Source: Armatimonadota bacterium (GTDB taxonomy: Bacteria; Armatimonadota; Fervidibacteria; Fervidibacterales; Fervidibacteraceae). From it: DNA of 64,000 nucleotides. The position numbers were made by a program, and so were the translations under genes. The stretch covers positions 1,699 to 65,698 of the forward strand of contig JANXBO010000009.1 in the NCBI GenBank assembly GCA_025057575.1. The letters are read 5' to 3'. The notes beneath the pieces are model-generated. The model searched no databases and had not been told where the DNA came from. It was given only the letters and a program-made list of their open reading frames with translations. Shown in pieces: positions 20,299-28,617 of the stretch. Within the stretch, counting starts at the first letter, position 1, and each line of letters starts with the position of its first letter.

Positions 20299-20945
20299 CC
20301 CCTGTCACCGCCTCGGATGCGCCGCCACAGGTCTAAAAGGGAACGGACCGCCTGAGACGGATCGTCGGCTTTGGCAACAGCAGAGATTACCGCAACAGCA
20401 TCGGCACCCGCTTCAAAGACTTTATCAGCGTTGGACAGGTTGATCCCGCCGATGGCGACGAGGGGATAGTCTTGTGGTAGGACGCTCCGAACTTTTTTCA
20501 GTCGCTCCAGACCGACAGGAGGACCGGCATCTGGCTTGGTATCAGTGGCAAAGATGGAGCCCAAACTCACATAATCGGCACCCTGACGGATAGCGGCGAT
20601 GGCTTCTTCCTCATTGGCGACGGAGCGACCGATCAATCGTTTGGCACCCAGCAGGCGGCGGGCAGCGGGAACCGGAAGGTCATCATCACCCAGGTGCACG
20701 CCGTCGGCTTCACACGCCAGAGCAATATCCACCCGATCGTTAACGAAGAACAAGACTTTTGCCCGACTGGTTATTTCCCGAATGGCTAATCCCCACTCCC
20801 ATAATTGTCGGGTGGTTGCCTGCTTATCGCGCAACTGAACAGCACTGGCGCCTCCTTCTACAGCATAGCGAACAATGTCTATATGAGTAAGGCTCAGATT
20901 GGCGAAGCGGTCTGTAATCACATAGACTCCCGCCAACAGGCGCAC
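20295..20945 (-). CDS. thiE: Thiamine-phosphate synthase
   Basis: Contains 'GVYVITD', 'VQLRDK' and 'VAIGGI'. The GTG at 20945 has an AAGGAGG SD 7 nt upstream and is preferred over the ORF-track start at 20993. Confidence 0.88.
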   Translation of the reverse strand: MRLLAGVYVITDRFANLSLTHIDIVRYAVEGGASAVQLRDKQATTRQLWEWGLAIREITSRAKVLFFVNDRVDIALACEADGVHLGDDDLPVPAARRLLGAKRLIGRSVANEEEAIAAIRQGADYVSLGSIFATDTKPDAGPPVGLERLKKVRSVLPQDYPLVAIGGINLSNADKVFEAGADAVAVISAVAKADDPSQAVRSLLDLWRRIRGGDRG

Positions 20946-20979
20946 CCGTCCACCCTCCTTAACTGGGTTGTTCTTTTTG

Positions 20980-20988
20980 TGGTATGAT
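20980..20988 (+). promoter_or_regulatory. Candidate extended -10 element (TGgTATGAT) for the 21033 operon
   Basis: Direct read: TG at 20980-81 and TATGAT at 20983-88, about 45 nt upstream of the GTG at 21033, which has an AAAGGAGG SD. No good -35 element. Confidence 0.3.
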
Positions 20989-21032
20989 AGCACCTGAAGG
21001 TATGAAAAAAGACCCTAAAAGGAGGTGTCAGC

Positions 21033-21710
21033 GTGTCTTTGACAGGATTTCTACGCTACCGCGATGGGCGGGTCAGTGCCTTAGTGGGGCTGACCGAAAC
21101 CGAATTCATGGAACAATGGCTGATGCGCACCATTGCGCCGCAGAAGACTTGGCTGTTTCTTCCGACCATTCTTCCCATTGGGGAAAATCTGACGAGCCCT
21201 CTGGGAGCCCTCGTCCCCGTTTTGGGGCTGGAAACGGACGGGACCGTCTGTGGCGTGCTCTTTGACCTAAAGGAGCAACGCCCTTTCTCCGCCATCTTAG
21301 GGGAAGCCTTGGACGTGCTGCGTTGGGTGGAGAAAATGGACGAAAGGGAACTGGAACTTTTGGCGCGTTACTTTTGGCAGGAACCCAGCGCGTCCTTGCG
21401 GGGGACAGCGGAGAAAAATTGGGGCAGCCGTTGGATCGCCACCTCTATTGGAGGGAAGGGGAAAGTTTACATCCTGACTTTTCGCCCGGTGCCGCTTCTC
21501 GTGGAATTTCACTCCTTTCTGCAAAAACAGGGGTTGCCGATCCAAACCCTACGGCTTCATACTTTGCAAGGCAAAGAGGGAGAGATTGTTGCCATCGCCG
21601 AAGCCGTCGCTCTACCTGTGTCGGGGTCGGTAGAGGCGCCCGCTTCCGGGGACTGGTCAAAGGTCGGCAACGGAGAAAAGTTCTTGGAATCCCTTGAAGA
21701 GGACAAGTGA
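21033..21710 (+). CDS. Hypothetical protein (225 aa), first gene of the c-di-GMP operon
   Basis: Good SD and no recognisable motif. Its stop overlaps the start of the GGDEF gene (GTGA). Confidence 0.6.
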   Translation: MSLTGFLRYRDGRVSALVGLTETEFMEQWLMRTIAPQKTWLFLPTILPIGENLTSPLGALVPVLGLETDGTVCGVLFDLKEQRPFSAILGEALDVLRWVEKMDERELELLARYFWQEPSASLRGTAEKNWGSRWIATSIGGKGKVYILTFRPVPLLVEFHSFLQKQGLPIQTLRLHTLQGKEGEIVAIAEAVALPVSGSVEAPASGDWSKVGNGEKFLESLEEDK

Positions 21711-23356
21711 GGAGAGCGGTGGAGGGGATGCAGGAGGAAAGAAGATGGCTGGAACATCTCACTCACCTAGCTATTGGCGCTTCCGTTCAGGCCACCAACA
21801 GCGATGCGGGAATGGTTCTTACCGGCACGGGGTTTGAAGGCTTCCGACCGTTAGCCTCCGTCGGAGCGCTGGCGGATCAACCCTCACGGCTGTTTAAGGT
21901 GCCGGCGACTATCTGGCAAGAAGTGGCTCATAAGCCCGTAGACCTTGAGTTTCCTCTGACCGCTATGGTCCCGTCCGCCCGCTCAATGGGTAGGGTGTTG
22001 GTCGCCAGCATTGGCGAAGGGGACAATGGCTGTGGGTTGATCTGGGTCGGCAAGCGGTCGTCCACGACCTACAGCGAACAGCAAGTCAAACTGATTGCCG
22101 ATTTGGGGAAGAGACTTTATCAGGTTCTGACGCCCCTCCTTCCGATTCTGGACACGGACTCTTATCTCCGATCGTGGCTGGTGGCGTCTCTCCGAGCCCG
22201 AGCCGGTCAGTGGCTGGAAGATGGTCTGAGTTTTCTTTTGGAACTTTTACTTTCTCTCGGAGAGTCCCGAGACGGATTTGTGATCTTAAGAGGACCGACC
22301 GGGGAGACCCAGTGGGCGGTCGCCTCGGGCGAAGGCGAACAGTGGATCCGAGAACAGAGCGAGCGGCGAGCCGATTGGGGGCGGCCTCTTGACTGGATCG
22401 TGCAGACCATTAGGGACCAGCTTTGGACCGGAGAATTGGGGGTGAAGCCGAAGAGCCATCGTCGGCAGATCACCGAGACCGCTGTGACAGCAGCGGCTCG
22501 GGTTGCGAAACGGCTGGTTTTGTGGAGCCGCAACGCTGCTTGGTTGGACGGATATGTCTGGCGGGATCAACTGACTCGCCTTTTGACGCGCCACGCTTTC
22601 TTAACCAAACTGGATCAAGAGTTAAGCAGAGCCCACCGATACAATTATCCCGTCAGCGTCCTTTTGGGGGACTTGGATGGGTTTAAGGCAATCAATGACC
22701 TTCTGGGTCACCCCGCTGGCGATGAAGTCCTCAAAAAGGTTGCCGAGCGCTTGAACGAGTTAGTCCGAAAATACGATCTGGTGGGTCGTTACGGGGGCGA
22801 TGAGTTTGCTGTGGCGCTGCCCGCAACCCCTCTCTCTGGTGCCCTGGTGGTGGCGGAGCGAATGCGGTCCGCCATTGCCGATATGGACCTGTCGACCTTT
22901 TTGGGTGTTCGGCTGGAAGTGGGTTTGAGCATTGGAGTCACGACGGCGCAGGATCACCAGTTCCCCGACTCTCAATCACTGATCAGCCTGGCTGACGCAG
23001 CCGCTCTCAGAGCCAAAGCGAAGGGGAAAAACCGCATTGAGATCGCTTTACCCGGTGAGTCCACCGATGAGACAGTGGCGGTCAAGACGGTCCGGGATTT
23101 GTGGACCGGATTTGTCCAATATGTGGCTCATTCCATTAATAATCCCGTCGGCGGCATCTTGGGGACAGCACAACTGGCGCTGTCCGATCCCCATCTCCCT
23201 CAGCCAGTGAGGAAAGCCCTGGAGGACATTGAAGGGCTGGCTTTACGGTTACGGGATTTTGGACGGCATCTGTCGTCCTCAACGACAGCAGAACTCATTA
23301 AGGAGACGGAAAAGTTTCATCGGCACAAGGACCTTAACCCTCCCTCGTCCTTGTAG
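21707..23356 (+). CDS. Diguanylate cyclase (GGDEF) with an N-terminal sensory region and a C-terminal DHp/HisKA-like helix pair lacking an ATPase domain
   Basis: GGDEF at nt 22793-22807, with the I-site RKYD (RxxD) exactly 5 residues upstream. The C-terminal 'FVQYVAHSINNPVGGILGTAQLAL' (His475, nt 23129-31) resembles an H-box. No N/G1/G2 boxes follow. Confidence 0.85.
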   Translation: MRRAVEGMQEERRWLEHLTHLAIGASVQATNSDAGMVLTGTGFEGFRPLASVGALADQPSRLFKVPATIWQEVAHKPVDLEFPLTAMVPSARSMGRVLVASIGEGDNGCGLIWVGKRSSTTYSEQQVKLIADLGKRLYQVLTPLLPILDTDSYLRSWLVASLRARAGQWLEDGLSFLLELLLSLGESRDGFVILRGPTGETQWAVASGEGEQWIREQSERRADWGRPLDWIVQTIRDQLWTGELGVKPKSHRRQITETAVTAAARVAKRLVLWSRNAAWLDGYVWRDQLTRLLTRHAFLTKLDQELSRAHRYNYPVSVLLGDLDGFKAINDLLGHPAGDEVLKKVAERLNELVRKYDLVGRYGGDEFAVALPATPLSGALVVAERMRSAIADMDLSTFLGVRLEVGLSIGVTTAQDHQFPDSQSLISLADAAALRAKAKGKNRIEIALPGESTDETVAVKTVRDLWTGFVQYVAHSINNPVGGILGTAQLALSDPHLPQPVRKALEDIEGLALRLRDFGRHLSSSTTAELIKETEKFHRHKDLNPPSSL

Positions 23357-23371
23357 GATAGGGAGTCGTCA

Positions 23372-24823
23372 ATGCGGGACCGCCTTAGAGTTTTAGTGGC
23401 TGAAGACGAGGAGACGATCCTCAACATCATCCGCATTCCGTTAGAGCGGATGGGTTTTCAGGTAGTGACCGCCCGATCTATTGCCGAAGCCCTTTCCAAA
23501 ACGGAACGGGAAGGACCGGACCTGGCGATTCTGGATTGGGTCTTGGAAGACGGTAGCGGTGTCGCCCTCTTTCAAAAACTCAAGAACCGCTATCCGGACC
23601 TTTTGGGACTGTTGATCACGGGTCATAGTGCCACAGAAGGAGCCCGGCAGGCAGAATCATCCGGATTCTGGGACTTTCTCGCCAAGCCTTTTACCGTCAC
23701 GGAATTGGTTAGCAAGACCAAGAGGTCTGCTGAGTTCTTACTAATGAAAAAAGCCAAAGACCGATCGGAACGGATCGCTCGCTTTTACCAGCGCATTTTG
23801 GAGGTGACGGCATCAAGGGACCTGACGGCTTTGATGAAGGGGATTATTTCTTTAGCAAGAGAGGAAGGAAAGGCGGACATTGCTTCCCTTATGTTGGTGG
23901 ATCCTGATGATCCCAGCCGGTTCATCATTGCTGCTGCCGACGGTCTGCCTGAGGACCTGGTGCAAAAAGTCGTCCCTGTCACCGAGGGAGTGGCGGGGCG
24001 GATTTTTGAAAAAGGTTCTGGGTTGCTGATTGCTCCCCAGACTCTTGAAGACCTGAAAGACTGGCCGTTGCGCTACGGTGGTGCGGGGAGTGCCTTGTGC
24101 CTGCCTCTGATAAGCGCAGGGAGGGTCATCGGTCTTTTGAACATCACTCGTCTGACCAACCCGCAACCCCTCACCCCATCGGACTGGGAACCGTTTGAGT
24201 TGTTGACTCGGAGAGCCAGTGAGGCACTCACAACCCTGCGGGCGTTATTGAAAGCCGCTTGCCTACGGTGGATCGCTTTCTCCTCTTTCGCCCGCTACAC
24301 CGAGGAGGGAGACCCGCACCGCAAAGGCACTGCGGAACGGTCCGGTCAGCTAACAAGAGCCCTTGCCGACTTGGCGGACCTGCCTTCCGAAGAGGTAGAG
24401 GAAATCGTTTTGGCGTCTATCGCCAGGGACTTTGGAATGGTGCGGATTCCAGAACAAATCTTGAAAAAGCCCGCCCCTCTTTCGGACGAGGAATGGATGC
24501 TGGTCAAGCAACATCCTAAGTGGAGTTTGGAGATTCTGGATCCTCAGGGTGCTGTGACCGGTCCGTTGCGAGGAGGCATTTTTCACCATCACGAACGGTT
24601 TGGTGGCGGTGGTTATCCGTTTGGATTGAAGGGCGAGGAAATTCCTCTGTCAGCCCGAATCATCTCGGTTGCCGACACTTTTGATGCGTTAACCCGACCC
24701 CGCCCCTATCGCCCAGCCCTTTCGCACCAGCAAGCCGTCCAAGAACTTCTCCGACTGTCGGGGCAGCAATTGGACCCGGACTTGACCCAACTCTTTGTGA
24801 CCAGGGTGATCCCTCAGGTGTGA
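23372..24823 (+). CDS. Response regulator: REC-GAF-HD-GYP (HD dyad degenerate)
   Basis: REC motifs are 'LVAEDEE', 'LAILDWVL', 'LITGHS' and 'LAKPF', followed by a GAF-like middle region. HD-GYP signature 'HHHERFGGGGYPFGL' is present, but the canonical 'LHDIGK' reads 'ARDFGM' (nt 24425-30). Confidence 0.85.
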   Translation: MRDRLRVLVAEDEETILNIIRIPLERMGFQVVTARSIAEALSKTEREGPDLAILDWVLEDGSGVALFQKLKNRYPDLLGLLITGHSATEGARQAESSGFWDFLAKPFTVTELVSKTKRSAEFLLMKKAKDRSERIARFYQRILEVTASRDLTALMKGIISLAREEGKADIASLMLVDPDDPSRFIIAAADGLPEDLVQKVVPVTEGVAGRIFEKGSGLLIAPQTLEDLKDWPLRYGGAGSALCLPLISAGRVIGLLNITRLTNPQPLTPSDWEPFELLTRRASEALTTLRALLKAACLRWIAFSSFARYTEEGDPHRKGTAERSGQLTRALADLADLPSEEVEEIVLASIARDFGMVRIPEQILKKPAPLSDEEWMLVKQHPKWSLEILDPQGAVTGPLRGGIFHHHERFGGGGYPFGLKGEEIPLSARIISVADTFDALTRPRPYRPALSHQQAVQELLRLSGQQLDPDLTQLFVTRVIPQV

Positions 24824-25752
24824 GACCTCGTGCAGGGATCGTCCCCCAACTGATTCTCTATCTCCAAGTCCTCAGACCCTATCAATGGACAAAAAATGCC
24901 CTTCTCTTTGCCGGCTTCATTTTCGCCGGTCGCTTCCTAGCAACGCCTGAGGAGATCGTCAGGGAACTTCTTGCTTTATTTCTTGCTTTCGTGTCTTTCT
25001 GTCTTCTGTCGGGGAGCGTTTACACCTTCAACGACCTTTTGGACCAAGACGCCGACCGTGCCCATCCGATCAAGAAGAACCGCCCCATCGCCTCAGGGGC
25101 GGTGACCATTCCCGCAGCGGTCGGTCTGGGACTTATCGCTGCCCTTTTGGGTTTCACCGCCGCTCTTACCGTGGACATTTTTTTTGCTCCCCTTTTTTCG
25201 GGACTCTCCATCCTTTACTTGGGTTGGGGTATTGGTTACACCCTCTATTTGAAAAAAGCCGTTATTCTGGATGCCCTTGCCGTTGCGATCGGTTTCGTCA
25301 TCCGAGTGGTCGCCGGTTGTTGGGCGATTCGGGTTGCCATCTCTCCTTGGCTGATCCTCTGCACCCTTCTCCTTTCCCTCTTCATTGCTTTTTGTAAGAG
25401 ACGCCACGAACTGTTGCTGCTGGGCAACGAACGGACGCTGGTGCGACCGGTCCTGTCCTCTTATGATGGGCGCCTTTTGGACCTGTTCATCGCCATTTCC
25501 GCCTCCCTCACCCTGATGGCTTATTCCCTTTACACCTTCACCGCCCCTCACATTCTTTTGGGAAACCAGTCGGAGCCCTGGTTGATGATTACCATCCCCT
25601 TTGTCGTTTACGGGATTTTCCGCTACCTTTATCTGACCTATCGGACCGACATCGCCGGGGCACCGGAAAAGATGTTTAGCGATGGTCCTTTTACGATTAA
25701 TTTGCTGGCGTGGGTCGGGACCGTTTTGGCATTAGGCTGGTTCGCCCGTTGA
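24820..25752 (+). CDS. UbiA-family prenyltransferase (decaprenyl-phosphate phosphoribosyltransferase-like)
   Basis: Contains 'RPYQWTKNALLF' and 'NDLLDQDADRAHPIKKNRPIASG' (NDxxDxxxD), with about 8 TM helices. The GTG start overlaps the upstream stop (GTGTGA). Confidence 0.85.
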   Translation: MRPRAGIVPQLILYLQVLRPYQWTKNALLFAGFIFAGRFLATPEEIVRELLALFLAFVSFCLLSGSVYTFNDLLDQDADRAHPIKKNRPIASGAVTIPAAVGLGLIAALLGFTAALTVDIFFAPLFSGLSILYLGWGIGYTLYLKKAVILDALAVAIGFVIRVVAGCWAIRVAISPWLILCTLLLSLFIAFCKRRHELLLLGNERTLVRPVLSSYDGRLLDLFIAISASLTLMAYSLYTFTAPHILLGNQSEPWLMITIPFVVYGIFRYLYLTYRTDIAGAPEKMFSDGPFTINLLAWVGTVLALGWFAR

Positions 25753-25757
25753 GGCAC

Positions 25758-26684
25758 CTACTGCTGGCGCTCAATAACAAACTGAGCCAAAGCGGCAAGA
25801 AGAACCCCTTTTTCCCCCAACGGTCGCAAAGCCTCAAGAGCACGAGTGCACGCCTCCTCAGCCCGCTGTCTTGCCCCTTCCAGCCCCAGGATGGACGGAT
25901 ATGTTAACTTTTTCTGAGCCATATCCTTCCTCGCCGTCTTGCCCAACTTTTCAGGGTCGCCCGTTATATCCAACAGGTCATCTTGGATCTGAAAGGCGAG
26001 ACCGAGCCAGTAACCGTAGTTGCCCAAGTGCGCTAAGAGGGACGGCGCCGCACCGCCAATGATCCCCCCCATCCGACAACACGCCCTGATCAGGGCTGCT
26101 GTCTTTCCCTCGTGAATGGCGCGCACCGCCGCCTCATTGCGCTCGCCTCCCTCTCTTTTTTCCCCCAACAGGTCCAACACCTGACCACCAACCAGAGCCG
26201 TTGGTCCCGCCGCGCGTGCCAGTTCCCGAACGCAGTCCAGGGCTCTCTCTGTGGAGACACCCTGACGGATCAGGTCCGTGCTGAGAATCTCAAAGGCAAG
26301 GGCTTGAAGGGCGTCCCCGCAAAGGATGGCAATGGCTTCACCAAAGACTTTGTGGCAGGTCGGTCGTCCCCGCCGGAACTCGTCGTTGTCAATGGCAGGA
26401 AGATCGTCGTGAACCAGGCTGTAAGAGTGGATCAATTCCACGGCCGCTGCCGCCGGTAACGCTTCTGTTTCCCGACCACCCACTGCCCGGCACGATTCTA
26501 AAACGAGAAAGGGGCGAATTCGTTTCCCTCCGGAAAGGACGGCATATTGCATCGCCTCGGACAGGAGAGGAGGAACAGACTCCTCTTGAGAAAGCCTCAT
26601 CTGCAGATACCCTTCTACCCGTTGGCGATCCCTTTCCAGTTGTCTTTCCAGTTCGTGACGGCTCATTCGCGAAAACCCTGCCAT
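25758..26684 (-). CDS. ispA: Polyprenyl (farnesyl/geranylgeranyl) diphosphate synthase
   Basis: First Asp-rich motif (FARM) 'LVHDDLPAIDND' and second (SARM) 'FQIQDDLLD'. Follows xseB directly (TAAATG), the classical xseA-xseB-ispA synteny. Confidence 0.88.
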   Translation of the reverse strand: MAGFSRMSRHELERQLERDRQRVEGYLQMRLSQEESVPPLLSEAMQYAVLSGGKRIRPFLVLESCRAVGGRETEALPAAAAVELIHSYSLVHDDLPAIDNDEFRRGRPTCHKVFGEAIAILCGDALQALAFEILSTDLIRQGVSTERALDCVRELARAAGPTALVGGQVLDLLGEKREGGERNEAAVRAIHEGKTAALIRACCRMGGIIGGAAPSLLAHLGNYGYWLGLAFQIQDDLLDITGDPEKLGKTARKDMAQKKLTYPSILGLEGARQRAEEACTRALEALRPLGEKGVLLAALAQFVIERQQ

Positions 26685-26936
26685 TTACAGTTCCAAATCC
26701 GGAAGGTCCAAGTCCTCCACTTCCACTTCCCCTGTTTCCTCATCAAAGGACAGCGCCTTGATCTTTTTTTCCGCCTCCTCCAGTTTGCTCTTGCAGAAAG
26801 CGGACAGTTTCATCCCTTCTTCGTAGAGTCGGACAGTTTCGTCCAGGGGCAGGTCACCGGCTTCCAGTTTCTGAACGATCTGCTCCAGCCGGCTTAACGC
26901 CTTTTCAAAGGTTAGGGGCTCCTGAGTTTCCGCCAT
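26685..26936 (-). CDS. xseB: Exodeoxyribonuclease VII small subunit
   Basis: 83 aa with 'FEKALSRLEQIVQKLEAGDLPLDETVRLYEEG', typical of XseB. Confidence 0.85.
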   Translation of the reverse strand: MAETQEPLTFEKALSRLEQIVQKLEAGDLPLDETVRLYEEGMKLSAFCKSKLEEAEKKIKALSFDEETGEVEVEDLDLPDLEL

Positions 26937-28377
26937 CTTCAGTCACCACCTTTTTCACTTGACTGATCAGTTTCCCGTCAAACAGGAGGACATCAACTTC
27001 CTGCCCCTCCTGAGCATCTTTTGCCCTCGTCACCAGCCGACCCGACCGGCTGTCCCGGACCAGGCTATAACCTCGTTCCAAGACCGCAAAGGGGCTCAGG
27101 GCGTGCAAGCGGACGGTCGCAATGTCCAGCCGATGGTGCCGGTCCGCAATGATGTGACGGGCGAAGACCCGAATCTGCTCGGTCGCGGCGCTGACCCGAT
27201 CGTTCCAAAAAACCATTTGTTGGCGCATCACCGTCTGAAGACGAAACTGCAAGTTGCCGAGCGAGTCCCTCAACTGGGCGACTGAGGCAAAGGGATCCTT
27301 TGCTTTGAGCCGATGGTGAAGGTCCGACCAACGGTGGCGCAACGACCCTAAGATGGCTTGACAACGGGACTGGAGACGATAAGTAGAAAAATCCAATGAC
27401 TGACGGGGCGAAGCCAACAAGGAAAAGGGCTGAGAAAAGCAGGGTCTGCTGAGGAGGTTAGCAAGAAGGGTTTTTTTTCTTTCCATTATCCGCACACACG
27501 ATTGCCGCAGACGGGACGACGAATCTTGGAGCCTCTGTTTTGCCTCATTGTGATCAGGGGCAATCATATGGGCAGCGTGGGACGGTGTGGGGGCACGGAT
27601 GTCGGCAGCCAGGTCACACAGGGTCCAATCCGGCTCGTGACCGACGGCGCTGATGATGGGAAAGGGACAAGCAGCCACCTCCCGCACGACCGCCTCATCG
27701 TTAAACGCCCATAGTTCCTCTATGGAACCGCCTCCCCTGCCAATGATGACCGCGTCAATGGAACCAAGAGCCTTAACGACTTGAGGGTTTTTCAAAAGCC
27801 GCAGCGCCCTCACCAGGGAACCCGGCGCCAGTTCGCCCTGGACCAGAGCGGGAATTAGGACCAGTTCCAACTGAGGTCTCCGACTGTGGGCAATGCGGAC
27901 AATATCACGGATCGCAGCCCCGTCGGGGGACGTAATGATGACGACTCTCTCTGGAAAGCGAGGCAGGACCCTTTTCGGTCTGTCAAAAATCCCTTCCGCC
28001 GTCAATCGTCGCCTCAGTTCTTCCAGCCGGATCAGCCATTCCCCCAGCCCCGCTTGCCGAATCGTGACCACATCTAAGCGATATTCCCCTGCTTTGGTCC
28101 AAACGGTTACCGACGCCAACACCTGGACCTTGTCCCCATTTTTGGGATGGTAGGTCTGCCGCCACAACCTTTCCTTCCAAATGACGGCGCGAATCTCACT
28201 TTTCTCATCCTTCAAGGTGAAATAGGCGTGCCCCGACTGATACACCCGCCAGTTGGACACTTCCCCCTCTACCCAAAGGTCCCGAAGGTTCCGGTCGCCC
28301 TCAATCAGGTCCCGAACGACCTGGTTGACTTGGCTGACACTCCAGATGTTTTTTCTCGGCTCGGCGTAGTCTTCCAT
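26905..28377 (-). CDS. xseA: Exodeoxyribonuclease VII large subunit
   Basis: OB-fold N-terminus ('VSQVNQVVRDLIE ... WVEGEVSN') and catalytic core 'IIGRGGGSIEELWAFN'. The ATG at 28377 with a GAGGAG SD is preferred over the GTG at 28404. Confidence 0.88.
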   Translation of the reverse strand: MEDYAEPRKNIWSVSQVNQVVRDLIEGDRNLRDLWVEGEVSNWRVYQSGHAYFTLKDEKSEIRAVIWKERLWRQTYHPKNGDKVQVLASVTVWTKAGEYRLDVVTIRQAGLGEWLIRLEELRRRLTAEGIFDRPKRVLPRFPERVVIITSPDGAAIRDIVRIAHSRRPQLELVLIPALVQGELAPGSLVRALRLLKNPQVVKALGSIDAVIIGRGGGSIEELWAFNDEAVVREVAACPFPIISAVGHEPDWTLCDLAADIRAPTPSHAAHMIAPDHNEAKQRLQDSSSRLRQSCVRIMERKKTLLANLLSRPCFSQPFSLLASPRQSLDFSTYRLQSRCQAILGSLRHRWSDLHHRLKAKDPFASVAQLRDSLGNLQFRLQTVMRQQMVFWNDRVSAATEQIRVFARHIIADRHHRLDIATVRLHALSPFAVLERGYSLVRDSRSGRLVTRAKDAQEGQEVDVLLFDGKLISQVKKVVTEDGGNSGAPNL

Positions 28378-28617
28378 TGTCTCCTCAGCCAATGCCCCCT
28401 TCACCGTTGCGTCGTCTTATGATCACCATTATCTGTAGACTTGTCTGAAAAAGGGCATCTTGCTTCCGGTCGCCCGACCCGTGGGACCAACACCAAATGC
28501 CGTCCGCCTTGTCCCGCCCGCCCTCTCTCAACCCATATTGTGGCAAGTGGTGAGTCGCTTTTCCCGAAGAAGGACGCAGTGGAACAAAAAGGTGAACTGG
28601 CTTGAGAGACCGGTTAG

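Noticed and set aside
20946-21032. TPP riboswitch upstream of thiE
   Set aside because: Only ~87 nt separate the preferred thiE start from the divergent gene. I could not find the conserved CUGAGA / ACCUGAUCUGGAUAAUGCCAGCG-like core on the minus strand.
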